Positions 62,091 through 64,000 of a stretch of 64,000 nt of DNA are shown here, in pieces. The notes beneath the pieces were generated by a model that saw only the letters and a list, made by a program, of their open reading frames with translations, searched no databases and was not told the origin of the DNA. The stretch comes from Bdellovibrionales bacterium (GTDB lineage Bacteria > Bdellovibrionota > Bdellovibrionia > Bdellovibrionales > JAUICD01): assembly GCA_965262715.1 (NCBI GenBank), contig OZ253553.1:1792001-1856000 (forward strand), read 5' to 3'. The translations under genes and the position numbers were made by a program. Within the stretch, counting starts at the first letter, position 1. Each line of letters starts with the position of its first letter.

Positions 62091-62745
62091 ACTCACAGTA
62101 GTTATTTTTATGACCATAAGTTTTGTTTCATGTAGCCATATAGCCCATGTCGTGAATAAGGATCATATTCCTTCACAAGGTTCTGATGAAGAATACTCTG
62201 AGGCAAGTCCTTCCCAAAGGAAAAGAGAATACAAAAAAATTTATTGTACTTCAGAGGATGAAAAGAAAGGAATAAAGACAACCATTGATTATTTCCATGT
62301 TGCTTGTGGTCTTTCAAAAATTCAACCCATAGATAATAGAACTTTAGAGATCAAACGTATTGTTTTAGGCGTAGAGAAGTTAACTGTTGGTGATATGTTA
62401 CTAGGACATCATCTTTTGATTTTAAAATCTGGTAATAAAGTTTTAAAGAAGATACAAGTAGAAAAAGAGGGTTATGATCCATTTTGGAGAGAAGTTGTTT
62501 TCGTCAAAATAAGAAAAGGTGTTTATTGGCAGGACCTCAATAATGATGGATATCCTGAGTTTGCTGTACTAAAAACAGATACGGGCAATGCAGCTTATAG
62601 ATCACCGGATATATACACTTTAAAAAATAATTCTTTTTATTTTTATGGAAAAGGAAGGTATGTATGGACTACTGGAGAACATGTTCTGTTCAATTGCCCA
62701 GAATGTACAAGGCGTGATCCAGATGAATGTAAAAAATGCACATAA
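62044..62745 (+). CDS. Putative lipoprotein with DxNxDG (FG-GAP-like) motif
   Basis: FVSC lipobox-like; DLNNDGYPEF; Cys-rich C-terminus; overlaps the SLT gene. Confidence 0.55.
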   Translation: MQTKFIDITMKHLASKLTVVIFMTISFVSCSHIAHVVNKDHIPSQGSDEEYSEASPSQRKREYKKIYCTSEDEKKGIKTTIDYFHVACGLSKIQPIDNRTLEIKRIVLGVEKLTVGDMLLGHHLLILKSGNKVLKKIQVEKEGYDPFWREVVFVKIRKGVYWQDLNNDGYPEFAVLKTDTGNAAYRSPDIYTLKNNSFYFYGKGRYVWTTGEHVLFNCPECTRRDPDECKKCT

Positions 62746-62746
62746 T

Positions 62747-62773
62747 TCACTGATATTTAGATCATATCAGTGA
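62747..62773. terminator. Hairpin between convergent genes
   Basis: tcactgatat-loop-atatcagtga. Confidence 0.45.
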
Positions 62774-62892
62774 TCTATAATAGTGTAAAAAAGATTTATT
62801 AAATTCTACTGGGTACCTCTTATTTAGCACATCTAGAGAAAATCATAAATGGACAACCTTGTTTACGTTTAAAAGGTCAAAGTAATATATCC

Positions 62893-64000
62893 TTATTTTA
62901 AAAGCCCCATTGAGCAAACAATTTTAGGTTTTTCATCTATTCTTTTGCTTTCTTTTTTATTCACAAGTGTTTCATTTCTGTGTTTTTCATAAACAAGTTT
63001 CAAAATCTCTTTATCTGGTATTTTTCTTCTGAACATTCTTTTTAAAGTTTGTTCTGCCTCATTAGAAAAAGGATAACAATAAATATCTTCTATAATCTGT
63101 TTTATTTCTTCACTTTTTTCATTCATACCATCAAGTTTTTCAAAGAGTTTTCTTCTAGGATTTCGGTTTGTTCCAAGACTTCTAGATTGAGAAGATAGCT
63201 GTTTTAGATTTTCTTCAATGGTGTTTAATCCTGCTCGAACAATTTCATAATGTTTCTCTGTTCTTTGTAATGGCTTTGTGCTCGGTTGACATTCTGCTTT
63301 TTTTAAAATAGCCATTTGATCTTCCGTTACACTCCTGCCTTCTTTATCAAGACAAAGAAGATAATTATTGATATGAGATTTTGCAAAAAGAAGAACCTCT
63401 TCATTTGACTGGCTATCTTTTACTTCTTTTGATGCATGAACAACATCTGGCATATTTTTAATCTTCTCTTCTAAGGAAGGGTCCTTTTTTATCCCTTTAT
63501 TCCATATTTCAAGGGCATAGGAAGCCAGATCAATATCTTCTGATATTTCTTTTTCGAGAGTTTTTGAGTTTTCATTGTACAAATAATCAATGAGTATTCG
63601 TTCTTCGGCCTCAAAAAACTGTTCATCTGTACCTATCACTTCTGCATTTTCCTTAAGTCTATTTTGAATACGACCTCTTAATCTAATTTGTTCTTCTAAT
63701 CCATCATCGGGCATAAAGGAATAACATAGAATTTTATCTGCTTGTTGACCAATGCGATCAATTCGTCCTACTCTTTGGATGAGTTTTATAATAGCCCAAG
63801 GCAAATCATAGTTGACAACTATATTGCAATCTTGAAGGTTTTGCCCTTCACTTAAAACATCCGTTGCAACTAAAATGTCAATTTCTAAATCATGGGATTG
63901 TTTTACATCAAAATTGTTACTACGAGGACTAAACTTATTAATAGTATTTTGTATATTATCTGTTTTTCCAGTTACAAGTGCTATGTTTTTTAAATTTCTT
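62893..64000 (-). CDS. SNF2-type helicase, C-terminal part (5' end outside window)
   Basis: Upstream in-frame ATDVLSEGQNLQDC..NYDLPW then QRVGRIDRIG; homologous to 29986-33282. Confidence 0.85.
   Translation of the reverse strand, partial: RNLKNIALVTGKTDNIQNTINKFSPRSNNFDVKQSHDLEIDILVATDVLSEGQNLQDCNIVVNYDLPWAIIKLIQRVGRIDRIGQQADKILCYSFMPDDGLEEQIRLRGRIQNRLKENAEVIGTDEQFFEAEERILIDYLYNENSKTLEKEISEDIDLASYALEIWNKGIKKDPSLEEKIKNMPDVVHASKEVKDSQSNEEVLLFAKSHINNYLLCLDKEGRSVTEDQMAILKKAECQPSTKPLQRTEKHYEIVRAGLNTIEENLKQLSSQSRSLGTNRNPRRKLFEKLDGMNEKSEEIKQIIEDIYCYPFSNEAEQTLKRMFRRKIPDKEILKLVYEKHRNETLVNKKESKRIDEKPKIVCSMGLLK

Noticed and set aside
1787..62317. Short antisense or nested ORFs inside long genes (e.g. 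5183-5476, 29957-30364, 45516-45857, 56567-56956)
   Set aside because: Shadow frames of well-supported genes with no recognisable motifs

Overview
AT-rich bacterial chromosome segment, most consistent with a Bdellovibrionota/Oligoflexia-like organism (inferred from the type IVa pilin, prepilin-like giant protein, Ser/Thr kinase and gene content; not database-checked). Housekeeping genes (glmM end, aceE, thiI, gpmI, nadD-rsfS fusion, obgE) are interleaved with accessory DNA: a HipS/HipT-like pair, two AAA-ATPase/partner pairs (one RloA/RloB-like), a MTase + protease + PLD-SNF2 helicase island, a thiE-thiM-thiL-thiD island, M28 peptidases, ankyrin proteins and four IS elements (IS1634, IS200, IS30, IS5/IS903 group). 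The most unusual signals are non-coding. (1) Two families of ~150-nt dispersed hairpin elements (A and B) show clear compensatory base changes between copies; family A sits in the leader of the IS903-like transposase and also inside MITE shells with at least three different kinds of IS ends. (2) A stand-alone 5S rRNA gene with its own promoter is followed by four identical 236-bp units that each re-duplicate the 5S 3' end and carry a family-B element. (3) Four independent long, diverged direct-repeat duplications with gene-fusion junctions suggest repeated single-crossover capture of related DNA. (4) Two inverted 28-bp 11-6-11 sites lie upstream of pilA. All calls were made by eye from the sequence and ORF track.
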